Shown here one piece after another: positions 1-10,424 of a stretch of 64,000 nt of DNA (position 1 is its first letter; every line of letters begins with the position of its first letter). This DNA comes from Thainema sp. (GTDB lineage: Bacteria > Cyanobacteriota > Cyanobacteriia > Phormidesmidales > Phormidesmidaceae). The notes under the pieces are model-generated. The model was not told the origin of the DNA. It searched no databases and worked only from the letters and a program-made list of their open reading frames with translations. The stretch spans positions 1-64,000 of the forward strand of contig JBQLZK010000012.1 of assembly GCA_052168235.1 (NCBI GenBank), in the 5' to 3' direction. The translations under genes and the position numbers were made by a program.

Positions 1-70
1 TGCTGGTCACCCACTGACAGAACCGCTCCCACAGGTTGGCGCTACTGCGCTGCTGGAGAGTAGTAGTCAT
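1..70 (-). CDS. psbA: Photosystem II D1 protein, 5' end only (runs off the window)
   Basis: Reverse strand from ATG at 70 reads MTTTLQQRSSANLWERFCQWVTS, the D1 N-terminus; not in ORF track. Confidence 0.95.
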   Translation of the reverse strand, partial: MTTTLQQRSSANLWERFCQWVTS

Positions 71-127
71 AGTTTATGAGTGCTATATATTTCTAGGTAC
101 AAGCGGAACGTTGCGCTCCGTATCCTT

Positions 128-155
128 ATATTAACAGATGGTGAAGTTTTGTAAA
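128..155 (-). promoter_or_regulatory. Putative psbA promoter (-35 TTTACA, extended -10 TGtTAATAT)
   Basis: Minus strand TTTACA-N16-TAATAT about 60 nt upstream of the psbA ATG. Confidence 0.5.
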
Positions 156-263
156 GGAAAATGAGATTAGGCCTGCTAATCTGTGTGATTAAGTCAGCTT
201 AATAGTGTTCCTCAGTAGCAGGCAGATACCGAATCGATTCCTCTGCGTTATTGGGATTCTGCG

Positions 264-3008
264 TTATCGGGAATTGGTAGTGCCGAATTCTACATCAGGT
301 GGGATTGGCGAACCCGCTTCATCAAGTGGATCAAGCTCGACTGGAGCCAATTGCGATTCTAAGCTTTGAATGAGCTGTTGGGCCGATTCATAGCCAGATG
401 TGTCGGATGGAATGCGTTTGGCAATTGCGATCGCATCTTCTGGATCTGATATAGCTTCTGCATTGGCCTGTCGTAACAATTCCTGGCTCCATACATTCCG
501 CATTTGGTTAGCTTCACTGCGGCTACTGCTACTAGCAGGCACCTGATCAGCCAGCTGAATGGCATCGGCTAGACCGTTGATGGTACCGATACTGGCCGAG
601 CGATAGGCATCCTGGAGCACCTGTTGCCCTCGGACTTGATTCCGCCAGCGGCGAATTTCACCTTGTGCCTCATCATATAGCGTTCGCCCCGAGGTAATTC
701 GCTCTGCTGTGGCAATGGCGGCATCAATATTGCCGGAGCGAGCCAACATCTTAGCTTCCTCCAGAATGGGTTGATCTTCAGCCGTTTCGACTCGCTGACG
801 CCAAGCCCGAATCTTCGTTTGCGCATCGTCATAGAGCGCACGTCCTGAGCGAATATTGCTGGCCTCTGCGATCGCATTTTTTAATGAATTTGTATCGCCA
901 TTGGTCGCAATCTGCTCGGCTCGGTCGAGATAAGGCCGATCTTCAATAATTTCGACTTGGCGTGTCCATTGAGCAATTTCATCCTGTGCTTCTTCCCAGC
1001 GGGGATTTGTACGCGGAATCAGTTGCGCTTCTGAGATCGCAGCCGTCAGATCCCCTAGCGTACCGGGAGCCGCTAATTGACGCGCCCAGTTCAGCCGCGC
1101 CAAATCCTGAATTTCCAGTTCCCAACGGCTGATCAACTGCTGAGCCTTGCTATATAAGGCACTGTTGGCAGTCAGCTGCTGAGCTTCCAAGATAGCGCGC
1201 TGAAGATCGCCCTGCTGTCCTTCCCCGGCTTGACGAACGGCTCTGGCTAAGATCAGGAAATCCCGCACCTTGGTTTTCATGTCGCCTTCTGCTGGAATCT
1301 TATTAGCAATGGAGATGGCATCGTTGGAGTAGCCCTGGTCAAGCGTATCAATTGCCAGAACGTACATCCGTTCGATGAACTCACCAATTGCTTTTTGAGC
1401 TTCCTCGTAGACATAGCTCTCGGGCTTAATAGCTTTGGCCATTTCAATCGCTTCGAGGATCGCATCGGCTGTATTTCGACGAGCCATGCTGCGGGCTTCG
1501 ACCAGTTTTGCACCGTCGCGCCGCGCGGAGGTGATGTTGTTCGTCAGCTCCTGATAGCGGGTTGTGGCCCAGTAGTCGTTGCCCACTTCTAGGAGGTCAA
1601 CGGAACGGGCAAAGGCTTCTCGGAAGTTGCCATCCCGTAGAGCGTCCTCTGCCTGTTTATAAATTGATTCGGCCTCCGACCAGATGGTTTTCCAGCGCTG
1701 AATCCGCTCATCTACGAGTTTTGCAGACGAAGTCTGGGCCGGGATGCGTTTGGCAGTTGCGATCGCAGTTTCTAGATCGCCTTTGTGGAAGCTTTCTTCG
1801 GCAAGCTCCAAAATATCAACTGACCACAGCTCTAGTTGATGATCAATTTCTTGCCGCATCGGATGGTCGTCTGGCAGATCTTCAATAAGTGCGATCGCGG
1901 CCAGTAAATCCTCAATCGTACGCTTGTCAGCGGCAACTTGAGCGCAGTAGAGCCGCAGCGAGGCCGAAGCTGTCGGTAAGAAAATAGCGGGACAATTGGG
2001 CAATCCCGGCAATCGCAGCAGATAGGCCGCCGCAACACCTGCCACGCCCGTGGTGGAGATCAAAGCCACGATGCCCCAAAACTGCCAGCGCTTGAATACG
2101 CCTAATGAGGGTAAGAATGCGCGGAAGAAGGTTCTAGAGCTCGATTCATTCACTGGCGGCTGTACCCGATAATCTGGCTGAGTATCGAGTGATGGATCAG
2201 ACTCATCTGGATCAGAATCTTCGTATTCGTCGTAATCAGCCTCATCCGACCAGTCCGCTTGCTCATGGTTGCCGTAACTATTGCCGTAACTGCCGTACTG
2301 GTTACCAGAGCTGGAATAATGGGCCGCGACTGGCTGAGGGGGGACACCATAATTGCCAGTCCCATTGCCAGCCACATAATCACTCGCACCGTAGCTCCCT
2401 GCTGTCTGTCCTCGCGTTGGATAGCCGATGGCTTGGGGATTAACGGGCTGGCGGTGAACCGGATTGACGTTCATGCTGTGACCATTTGGCCCATAACCGT
2501 TGACTGGCTGACCGTGAGGATAAGCTTGACTGGTGCTCTGTCGGTTTACGGTATGGCCTGCCCCGTAATTACCTGACTGTTGTTGCCCTGACTGTTGTTG
2601 AAGAGACGGAGCGCTATCGGCGTGATATCGATTCGTTTCGTAATGGCTCGTTGCATCATTTGTCTCGTAGCCATTCGATTCATACCCATTGAGATGAGGT
2701 AACTGCGGCAGACGTGGAGAACTGTAGTGTTGAGCTTGATAAGGTTGAGCTTGATGATGCTTAACTGGATGGCTGCGACGAGTCGCGGATTCATCTGCAG
2801 AACCTGAAGCCGTCGTATTCCACGGATCATCAACGGGTAATGGAGGCTGAGTCGCATTGCTATTCTGACCGTTTTGACCTCTGGACTGACCGTATCCATG
2901 ACCATTGGCACGGTTTGAAGACGGCGATGGGGACGGTTGCCCTTGACGAGGGTCAAACTCTGGGTTTGATTGTCTACCACGTTGAGTCATAGAGTTGTCG
3001 TCCACCAA
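264..3008 (-). CDS. Conserved cyanobacterial membrane-anchored helical-repeat protein (often auto-annotated 'chromosome segregation ATPase'); disordered N-terminus, one TM helix
   Basis: 914-aa ORF; Q/G/N/Y-rich N-terminus, TM WGIVALISTTGVAGVAAAYLL, GLPNCP motif, recurring AIxxAxxIP..LYxxAQxxIxxW repeats; no Walker A seen. Confidence 0.75.
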   Translation of the reverse strand: MVDDNSMTQRGRQSNPEFDPRQGQPSPSPSSNRANGHGYGQSRGQNGQNSNATQPPLPVDDPWNTTASGSADESATRRSHPVKHHQAQPYQAQHYSSPRLPQLPHLNGYESNGYETNDATSHYETNRYHADSAPSLQQQSGQQQSGNYGAGHTVNRQSTSQAYPHGQPVNGYGPNGHSMNVNPVHRQPVNPQAIGYPTRGQTAGSYGASDYVAGNGTGNYGVPPQPVAAHYSSSGNQYGSYGNSYGNHEQADWSDEADYDEYEDSDPDESDPSLDTQPDYRVQPPVNESSSRTFFRAFLPSLGVFKRWQFWGIVALISTTGVAGVAAAYLLRLPGLPNCPAIFLPTASASLRLYCAQVAADKRTIEDLLAAIALIEDLPDDHPMRQEIDHQLELWSVDILELAEESFHKGDLETAIATAKRIPAQTSSAKLVDERIQRWKTIWSEAESIYKQAEDALRDGNFREAFARSVDLLEVGNDYWATTRYQELTNNITSARRDGAKLVEARSMARRNTADAILEAIEMAKAIKPESYVYEEAQKAIGEFIERMYVLAIDTLDQGYSNDAISIANKIPAEGDMKTKVRDFLILARAVRQAGEGQQGDLQRAILEAQQLTANSALYSKAQQLISRWELEIQDLARLNWARQLAAPGTLGDLTAAISEAQLIPRTNPRWEEAQDEIAQWTRQVEIIEDRPYLDRAEQIATNGDTNSLKNAIAEASNIRSGRALYDDAQTKIRAWRQRVETAEDQPILEEAKMLARSGNIDAAIATAERITSGRTLYDEAQGEIRRWRNQVRGQQVLQDAYRSASIGTINGLADAIQLADQVPASSSSRSEANQMRNVWSQELLRQANAEAISDPEDAIAIAKRIPSDTSGYESAQQLIQSLESQLAPVELDPLDEAGSPIPPDVEFGTTNSR

Positions 3009-3232
3009 ATTTTAGATAGGTAGAGGCTAATTAGAGGTTAATTGAATACAGATGGGATGGTGCATCCGGCCTAGGAACCATTGTGGCTAGTATAACGGTC
3101 GGTATCCGAGAATCGATTGGGGATAGTTGGGCTAGATGGATCCGGTCGCAATGAGTAACGGCCATTAAAGATACCAGGCTGAGGCAGATTTGAATGTATA
3201 TGTTCGAAATTATTAAGCGTCCTGATTGCGTC

Positions 3233-5302
3233 TTAGGATTGCTCTCGCCAGCGCTGAATTTCTTGCTGAGCCTGATCATAGGCAACCGTATTGGCTGGAA
3301 CCAGTTGAGCGGCCTGAATGGCAGAGGCAAACTGACCCTGAGCGGCTCTGGCCCGTGCGATCGCAAGCATATCGCGGCTCCACTGGCTGATCAGCGGTTG
3401 AGCTTGGGAATATTCCGGCTGTTCTGGTCGAATTGGCTGGAGCCAACGAATGGCTTTTTGATAGGTATTCGCCTGTCCGGGCTGAATCAACGCTTTGGCC
3501 TCAGCAATACGCGCCTGAGCATCCTTCTGAATTTGCCACTGAGAGATGCGGGCTTGGGCTTGCCGATAGATTTCAGCTTGATCCGGCGGCACAAGTTCAG
3601 CGGCTGCGATCGCAGCATTTAAATTGCCCTGCGCCGCCCGTCCCTCAGCCAAGTCAAGAATGACCTGACTCCAGCGCTGAATACTTTGCTGTGCTTCGTC
3701 ATAGAGCGGTTGATTGGGGGGAATCCGCCGAGCAGCTTCAATGGCTTGATTAAAAGTAGACGCTTGATTTAAGCGAATGGGAGCTTTCGCCGCATTGAGC
3801 AGTGCTTGGTTGGCACGCGTCGCGCTTTCCAATTGCGCTGCAACCGATTGCCGCAGCACGGTGTAGGCTTCATCTCGCCGTGATTCTGGCACCTGATCTA
3901 ACCAGTTGAGCGCGTCTTGATAGCGTCCCTCCCCAGCCGCAGCTTGAGCATTTTCAATCGCCTGATTGGGGCGGACGTTGTCATTCTCACCCCGGTTGAA
4001 CAAATTAGTTAGCGATCGCAATCCACCTGTCTCGGATTCACCTGCTTCTGTTTCACCCGTTTCAGCGCCAGGATTGGACTGATCTGTTTCAGCCGTATCT
4101 TCAGCCGTATTCCCAGCCGCATCGCCATTGGTCGCCGAGGGATCAGAGGGGGGGATAGCCGTTGTGTCTTCAGTTGGAGCCGGACTTTGATCAGTGCCCT
4201 CACCCGTCGCTTGACTAGGTTCGCCGTCCCCAACTGGGGTGATGGGTTCAACGATATCGGCATCAGGTTCAGATTCAGGATCGGAAAAAATTGGGAAATT
4301 GCGGGCAATCATCAGGACTGCGATGATGAGCGCTACCCCACCCCACAGTAAAAGCTGCTTCCAGAGTCCGTCTGAAAGGCTAGTACTAGTGGGTTCAGTC
4401 GTAGATTCAATCGTTACTAATGCTGAACTTTGCGGGGGGGGCGAGTTGGGCGCAATCGGATTAGGTGGCACCGTTGGTATGCCGCCGTTAGCGCCATTGG
4501 GGAACGCTGGCCTAGAGGTAGACCCTCCAGCGGTCGCTCCTGCCCCAACCATGATTGGCACAGCACTTGGCAAGAGCGCCATCTTCTGAGTGTGAGTCGG
4601 AATCACTGTCACAGGCTCCTGGACAGGTCGCCAGTGATGCTGACTCAGCTCAGGCAAGCGAGCGCTTAAGTAATTGGTCACATTATCTAAAGTGGGTGGC
4701 TGAGATTGGCGCAGACTTTCCAGCAGCGCATGGGTGAATAATCCCGCCCGCAGCATGATGGTTTCATGGGAAAACTGACCAGGCTGGCAGGACAGGATAG
4801 TTGCAACCTGCTGCTGGTCGGCTAACTCTAGCGTTTGCTGACCGACCGGAATTTCATCAAGCTGGCCCTGGCTGCGATTGATATCCAGCACCAGCAGCCG
4901 ATGAGCGGTTGGTAACTGTTGCAGCTGGTCGATCACGTCAGAAAGCGCGATCGCAGATTGAGGCAGACGGTTGGGATCACCATCGATCGGCATGAAATAA
5001 TCCTGTCCCTGCGATCGCACCCCATAGCCACAGAGATAGAGCCACACCACATAATCGGCTTGAACGGCACCAAGAACACGACCGATCCAATCCCGGATTG
5101 TCGTTTGCGATGGATAGGTCGAAATGTCGTTAATAGCTGGCGAGAAATCACTGAGGAGGATACAGCGATCGGCTGCAATCTCTCCCGCTTCTATCAAGAA
5201 GCGGTGCAGCGTCTGAGCATCTCGCTGTGCATAGAGCAACGGTTGTAGATGCTGATAATTATTGATTCCAACAAGAAGCGCCCAATGCTGAGTCATGGCC
5301 AA
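3233..5302 (-). CDS. Caspase-family (peptidase C14) pseudo-orthocaspase with TM helix and C-terminal helical repeats
   Basis: WALLVGINNY..LLYAQRDA p20 start; dyad positions read LCGYG (H to Y) and LDINRS (C to N); TM LLLWGGVALIIAVLMIA. Confidence 0.85.
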   Translation of the reverse strand: MAMTQHWALLVGINNYQHLQPLLYAQRDAQTLHRFLIEAGEIAADRCILLSDFSPAINDISTYPSQTTIRDWIGRVLGAVQADYVVWLYLCGYGVRSQGQDYFMPIDGDPNRLPQSAIALSDVIDQLQQLPTAHRLLVLDINRSQGQLDEIPVGQQTLELADQQQVATILSCQPGQFSHETIMLRAGLFTHALLESLRQSQPPTLDNVTNYLSARLPELSQHHWRPVQEPVTVIPTHTQKMALLPSAVPIMVGAGATAGGSTSRPAFPNGANGGIPTVPPNPIAPNSPPPQSSALVTIESTTEPTSTSLSDGLWKQLLLWGGVALIIAVLMIARNFPIFSDPESEPDADIVEPITPVGDGEPSQATGEGTDQSPAPTEDTTAIPPSDPSATNGDAAGNTAEDTAETDQSNPGAETGETEAGESETGGLRSLTNLFNRGENDNVRPNQAIENAQAAAGEGRYQDALNWLDQVPESRRDEAYTVLRQSVAAQLESATRANQALLNAAKAPIRLNQASTFNQAIEAARRIPPNQPLYDEAQQSIQRWSQVILDLAEGRAAQGNLNAAIAAAELVPPDQAEIYRQAQARISQWQIQKDAQARIAEAKALIQPGQANTYQKAIRWLQPIRPEQPEYSQAQPLISQWSRDMLAIARARAAQGQFASAIQAAQLVPANTVAYDQAQQEIQRWREQS

Positions 5303-5468
5303 CTCACTAGCAGTCTAATTTTCGAATAATGTGCCCAGACAATAACACAGACTGACAAACTCGGCAGGACTTCATGACGAAAAGCTAAAGATCGATATGT
5401 TGAAGTTCATCACAATCACCAGAAGGAGCAGTTGGCTATGCTGTCCGCCCCTAACTAGCCGAGCATTT

Positions 5469-6419
5469 TCAGCGCCGATAGGCCAGGGCAAACCGATCGA
5501 GTCCTGCATAGTCTGGGTGAATCTGAACCGTGGTGAACCCCTCACTTTGCTGCAAAATCTGGGCCACATCCTCACCTTGTCCCGCCATGATTTCGAACAG
5601 CAAGAGCCCTCCAGGTTTCAAGTAAAGCGCTGCCGTTTTCACAATATGGCGAATACAGTCCAATCCGTCTTGGCCCCCGTCTAGTGCCAAATGTGGCTCA
5701 TGCTCAACTACCTCAGCCTGTAACGTCAGCACCGTCTGACTCGGAATATAGGGCGGATTCGACAGAATAGCCGTGAACTGTCCCTGCAAATGCACCAGCG
5801 GTTCGAACCAACTTCCCTGATAAAACTGAATCCGCGATCGCAACTTATACCGCTCAGCATTCAACTGTGCGATCGCAAGGGCTTCGCGGCTGTAATCCAC
5901 GGCATGAATGTGAGCGTCGGGCATTGCTTCGGCTAGACCTAGTGCGATCGCACCGCTGCCCGTACCCAAATCGGCCCAGTGGCCTTGTTCGGGATTGGCT
6001 AATTCCGTTTGCTGAATGGCAGAGATCGCCAAATCGATGATCGATTCCGTTTCCGGTCGCGGAATTAAGACCGCAGGTGAGACCACTAGCTCAAAATTGC
6101 GCCAAGGAGCTGAACCGATCAAATACTGGAGCGGCATACGCTGCTCAACCCGCTGCTGCCAAATCTGCTCTAGTTCGACCAGTGAAACTTTTGCTTTGAT
6201 CTCCGGCTGCTGAGCATCAGAGCCGAGCCGCAGGGCTAAGCGATCCAGGGCTGTAACTGACGTAAGTAGCCAATCGAGTTCGGTGGCAGGGATGTCAAAT
6301 GCGATCGCAGATTGACGGGCCTGCCGTCGCCACTGAAAAAGTGCTGATCCTTCAATAGAATGCACCCATCCCTGATCCAACAGAGATGGGTGCTGAAACT
6401 CAGAATCTGAGTTGCTCAT
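5469..6419 (-). CDS. prmC: Release factor glutamine N5-methyltransferase
   Basis: VLIPRPETE, DLGTGSGAIA, SNPPYI, ALDGGQDGL motifs. Confidence 0.95.
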   Translation of the reverse strand: MSNSDSEFQHPSLLDQGWVHSIEGSALFQWRRQARQSAIAFDIPATELDWLLTSVTALDRLALRLGSDAQQPEIKAKVSLVELEQIWQQRVEQRMPLQYLIGSAPWRNFELVVSPAVLIPRPETESIIDLAISAIQQTELANPEQGHWADLGTGSGAIALGLAEAMPDAHIHAVDYSREALAIAQLNAERYKLRSRIQFYQGSWFEPLVHLQGQFTAILSNPPYIPSQTVLTLQAEVVEHEPHLALDGGQDGLDCIRHIVKTAALYLKPGGLLLFEIMAGQGEDVAQILQQSEGFTTVQIHPDYAGLDRFALAYRR

Positions 6420-6429
6420 GACAATAGGA

Positions 6430-7191
6430 TTACTGTCCAGATGGCCCTGACTGCAGCGAGCGAATATACTCGACTGAGTCAGCCGGTGGAATCAGCATAA
6501 TCTGTTCCAAATCAGGATTATCGCTGCTTTCCATGGTTGCAATTACACCCTGTAGGCTCACAACCTGAATTTCAACATTACCTGCTAGATCACTTTGCTG
6601 CTGTTCAACTCGATCCAGTAGACGCTGGAGTCCTTCCCGCTCAAAGTAAACCGGGATCACCTGCTGATTTTCGCTGGTTACGGTCAAATATCCGCCATCA
6701 GCCGTAGAGCGAGCCAAAAATAGCGGCACGCCATTGAACTGTTCAACGCTAATCTCTTGGCCGCTGCTTTGTAAAAGCTCAACCGCCGATTGAATTTGCG
6801 AATCATCTGCAAAATAAGCAAATTGCAGGCCTGCATTTTCTTGGCTGCTGCGCTGTGCAAGCTGATAAACTTGACCGAGTGAAACGGGCGTCACCTGAAC
6901 GTTACCTGCCACTTCGGGATCTTGCTGGGTTACACGATTGAGAAAGCTTTGAGCATCCTCTTGGCTAAGAAATACACCAGCCACGGCACCCTGCCCTTCT
7001 CCATCTTGGGGCGATGCAACTAAAGGCGAACCTTGTGCATCCGTAATTGTGAATACAGGGACAGCGGCCAGCTTCTCAATAATCTGCTCTTGGGTTAGCG
7101 CCAACGCTTCCAAACCACTTGCGAGAAGAGAACAGGCCACAGCACCACCGATTAAACCTGCTGTTTTTCCCCACCGGATCAATGCTTTCAT
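6430..7191 (-). CDS. Tic22-family periplasmic chaperone
   Basis: Signal peptide then ALTQEQIIEKLAAVPVFTITDAQGSPLV, FNGVPLF, VIPVYF motifs typical of cyanobacterial Tic22. Confidence 0.88.
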   Translation of the reverse strand: MKALIRWGKTAGLIGGAVACSLLASGLEALALTQEQIIEKLAAVPVFTITDAQGSPLVASPQDGEGQGAVAGVFLSQEDAQSFLNRVTQQDPEVAGNVQVTPVSLGQVYQLAQRSSQENAGLQFAYFADDSQIQSAVELLQSSGQEISVEQFNGVPLFLARSTADGGYLTVTSENQQVIPVYFEREGLQRLLDRVEQQQSDLAGNVEIQVVSLQGVIATMESSDNPDLEQIMLIPPADSVEYIRSLQSGPSGQ

Positions 7192-7474
7192 AAGTTCTCC
7201 TGATAACGATATTGGAAAAATCGTCTCAATGGTCTCAATGTACGATCGACAAACTCGATTCCTTGCATGTTAACTGTAACCAAAGTTTGCTTTGGCTAAA
7301 GTCGATTCATTTAAAATCCATCTTCTGGATGATAATGCAAGAAAACTGAGACTGACTGAGCAAGTCCTGCAATCTGAGGACTCAGATTAACACAATTTAA
7401 TTGTGTTATACACCGAAGACTATGAATCGGCTGCCTGAGTTCCAGTGAAACAAATAATGGATTTGATTAATAAA

Positions 7475-7548
7475 TCGGGATGACAGGATTTGAACCTGCG
7501 ACATCCTGCTCCCAAAGCAGGCGCGCTACCAAGCTGCGCTACATCCCG
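7475..7548 (-). tRNA. tRNA-Pro(TGG)
   Basis: Reverse complement CGGGATGTAGCGCAGCTTGGTAGCGCGCCTGCTTTGGGAGCAGGATGTCGCAGGTTCAAATCCTGTCATCCCGA folds as a cloverleaf, anticodon TGG; CCA not encoded. Confidence 0.96.
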
Positions 7549-7597
7549 TAACACGTCCACCAGTATAACTTGCTTTGCTCAATTATGTGTCACACTT

Positions 7598-7882
7598 CTT
7601 GAAATCCTGTCGATGCATTTCCTCTAATGAGCGTGCCAACTAGAACACCGCAGCAATAGCTGGCTGGCAACCATCGTTGAACAACGGCTGAGAATCCGAG
7701 ATCTGCTTGCTGATAGTCCAAGCCTTCGTTCCTGTTTAGCCGCTGAAGTCGATCACTGCTACGGCAACGCCTGTCAACTTGCTGCTGCTGAAACGGGTTT
7801 GACGTTAGAGACATTTGCCTCAAACATTTCCTTTTCGCGATCGGACATTCTGGTCGATGAGTTTTTCCCAGATGTAAGCTAA
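7598..7882 (+). pseudogene. DUF29-family remnant (5'-truncated, two in-frame stops)
   Basis: Frame reads LEILSMHFL**ACQLEHRSNSWLATIVEQRLRIRDLLADSPSLRSCL...AAAETGLTLETF...ILVDEFFPDVS*, resembling DUF29 (HLLKWQYQ..RSxSW..TI.EQR..SPSL..ETGL); K and W codons became TAA TGA. Confidence 0.75.
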
Positions 7883-7969
7883 CCATCAATTTCGTAAAGG
7901 TGCTTTACGAAAAAACTGAGATAACTGGGTTTCTTACCGATGGAGTTACCTCGCGATAGACTGAAACAT

Positions 7970-8428
7970 ATGAGTCCATTTTCTAGAGCAAAACCCCAGC
8001 CATCGGATGCGGTTCCCTGTCGGTATTGGCGCATTCAAAACTTGCCAGGTTTATCGACTGAATATCAGCAGCAGTTGATTGATATTGGCATTGAGAACAC
8101 GCTTCAGCTGTTGCAGCGGGGTAAAACGCAGGCGTTGCGGCAGCAGTTGGCCAACCAGCTTAATCTGCATGTGCAACACGTCAATCGCTGGGTGGCACTG
8201 GCAGATTTAGCGCAGGTGCCTGACGTTGGCTGTCAGCACTGCGGGGTGTTGCTGCATTCAGGCATTGCGTCGGTGCAGGTTTTAGCCCATACGTCTCCAC
8301 AGCAGCTATTTCGGCAAACCCGCAAGTTCTACGTTGCCAATTTGCAGCGGACAGATCTCTGTCCCAAAGTTGAAGACATTAGCCGCTGGGTTACCCAAGC
8401 GCGATCGCTCTGTCAATCCGCCTATTAA
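7970..8428 (+). CDS. DUF4332 (helix-hairpin-helix-like) protein
   Basis: IQNLPGL, WVALADLAQVPDVGCQHCGVLLHSGIASV motifs; start may be 7940. Confidence 0.75.
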   Translation: MSPFSRAKPQPSDAVPCRYWRIQNLPGLSTEYQQQLIDIGIENTLQLLQRGKTQALRQQLANQLNLHVQHVNRWVALADLAQVPDVGCQHCGVLLHSGIASVQVLAHTSPQQLFRQTRKFYVANLQRTDLCPKVEDISRWVTQARSLCQSAY

Positions 8429-8524
8429 TCCTTAGACCTTAAGACTAAACCTGAAGAAGGGGAAATGCATCGCACTTCCCCTTGTATTTGAATCAAGGTA
8501 TTTGAATACAATCGGCGTCCCAGC

Positions 8525-9064
<540 letters not shown>

Positions 9065-9466
9065 TTAGAAACACAGTACTAGCTAGTATATCCTCGAACG
9101 CTTCTATCACGCCGCTAGACTTGCAATTTTCGACCTATCCTGGAATCAGTTCAAATACTGGATGTTTTCTCGGTTTGCCCGCTGCTTTGAGATTTAGGAT
9201 AGATAAGAGTTGTAGTGTTGCGATCGCAGATCCAGATCGGTTTCGGATAGGTGTTCTACTATATGGATCGCTATATTAGGTCTATCTACATTAGATCTAT
9301 CTACATTAAAAATCTGCATCCATCAGTGCTTGAGTTTGGGTTTGTAATTCGGTAGTGATATTCACGTTTTATGTAGTGTCGGCTTCTGCCCATACTGCAC
9401 GACAGCATTCAGACTACCTGTGATATTTCGGTCGGTTTATTTGGCAAGGAAGGCAAGATCCCCATC

Positions 9467-10192
9467 ATGGCTGCGGGTTTAAAACCAGTAACGCTAGATC
9501 TGCTAAAGCGCTTCAATCGGGCTTTTCCTCAGTTCTATGAGCAATTTGTTAGCAGCGAAATTCAGCTGCAAAATCTTCGTTTGGCCTATCAGCTCTACAA
9601 GCGAAAGCAAGCCGTCATTGAACTGAAGCCAGAAGGAAACAAAAGCGCGCTCCATTTTGCCTATCGCAATCAGTCCTTCCTGCTCAGTGACATCTTTGGG
9701 GTGCTGGCAGCCTATGGTTTAACCATTCACAGCCTCAGCCTCTATGGGCAAATTTATCCTCCGATGCTGGTGTTTATCAAGCTGGTGGTTTCCCGCAGTG
9801 GCAAAGCGCTGACGGACAAGACGGCTGACAATGTCTGCCGCGCCATCCGGGAGGCGCTGGCGGGACGGTTTGAAGTGGAAGAAATGCTAGCCGTCGAATT
9901 TAACCTGGATGCGGGTCTAGAACAGGTTGAGACAGAATTTTACGTTGATCCGGTGTTTCACCTGCCGGCGCTATTGATCGAAGCAGACAACCAGCCAGGG
10001 CTGTTTTACAAAGTTATGTACGCCGTTTGGCAGGAAGATTTACTGGTTGTAAACGCTAACTTACTGGTTTGGCGGGGACGTACCCGCCTAATTTTGTATC
10101 TGCTGGGGCCAAACGAAAACTTGATCCCAGAGTATATCGGCCACAAAATTGCCGAATGCATGAAACAGCGGCTGCTGGCCCAGGATTATTAG
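9467..10192 (+). CDS. Stand-alone protein with two GlnD/UUR-like ACT domains
   Basis: RNQSFLLSDIFGVLAAYGLTI and IEADNQPGLFYKV resemble ACT D(R)PGLL motifs. Confidence 0.6.
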   Translation: MAAGLKPVTLDLLKRFNRAFPQFYEQFVSSEIQLQNLRLAYQLYKRKQAVIELKPEGNKSALHFAYRNQSFLLSDIFGVLAAYGLTIHSLSLYGQIYPPMLVFIKLVVSRSGKALTDKTADNVCRAIREALAGRFEVEEMLAVEFNLDAGLEQVETEFYVDPVFHLPALLIEADNQPGLFYKVMYAVWQEDLLVVNANLLVWRGRTRLILYLLGPNENLIPEYIGHKIAECMKQRLLAQDY

Positions 10193-10424
10193 TCAGTATT
10201 CAAGACGTGAGGAGGTGCTGAGTGCAGTGTGAGGCGTATTTTGTTCACTCAGCACTCAGCACTGGATCCCTCTATAGCGCCCAATTGCAGAACTGGTACT
10301 CGCAGCTTTTTCAGCTACAAACGCCCGCCCAGCTTGGTATCAATGATCACATTCGCTTGGTCAGGACATCAATTCATGCAATGATCGGTACAATTGCTTA
10401 TTTATTGTGATTGCATCGGAATCA

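Noticed and set aside
264..3008. 'Chromosome segregation ATPase' label
   Set aside because: No Walker A/B motif or SMC architecture visible
7475..7900. tRNA-Pro as the attachment site of a genomic island or prophage
   Set aside because: No integrase and no duplicated tRNA 3' end seen; flanking genes are housekeeping
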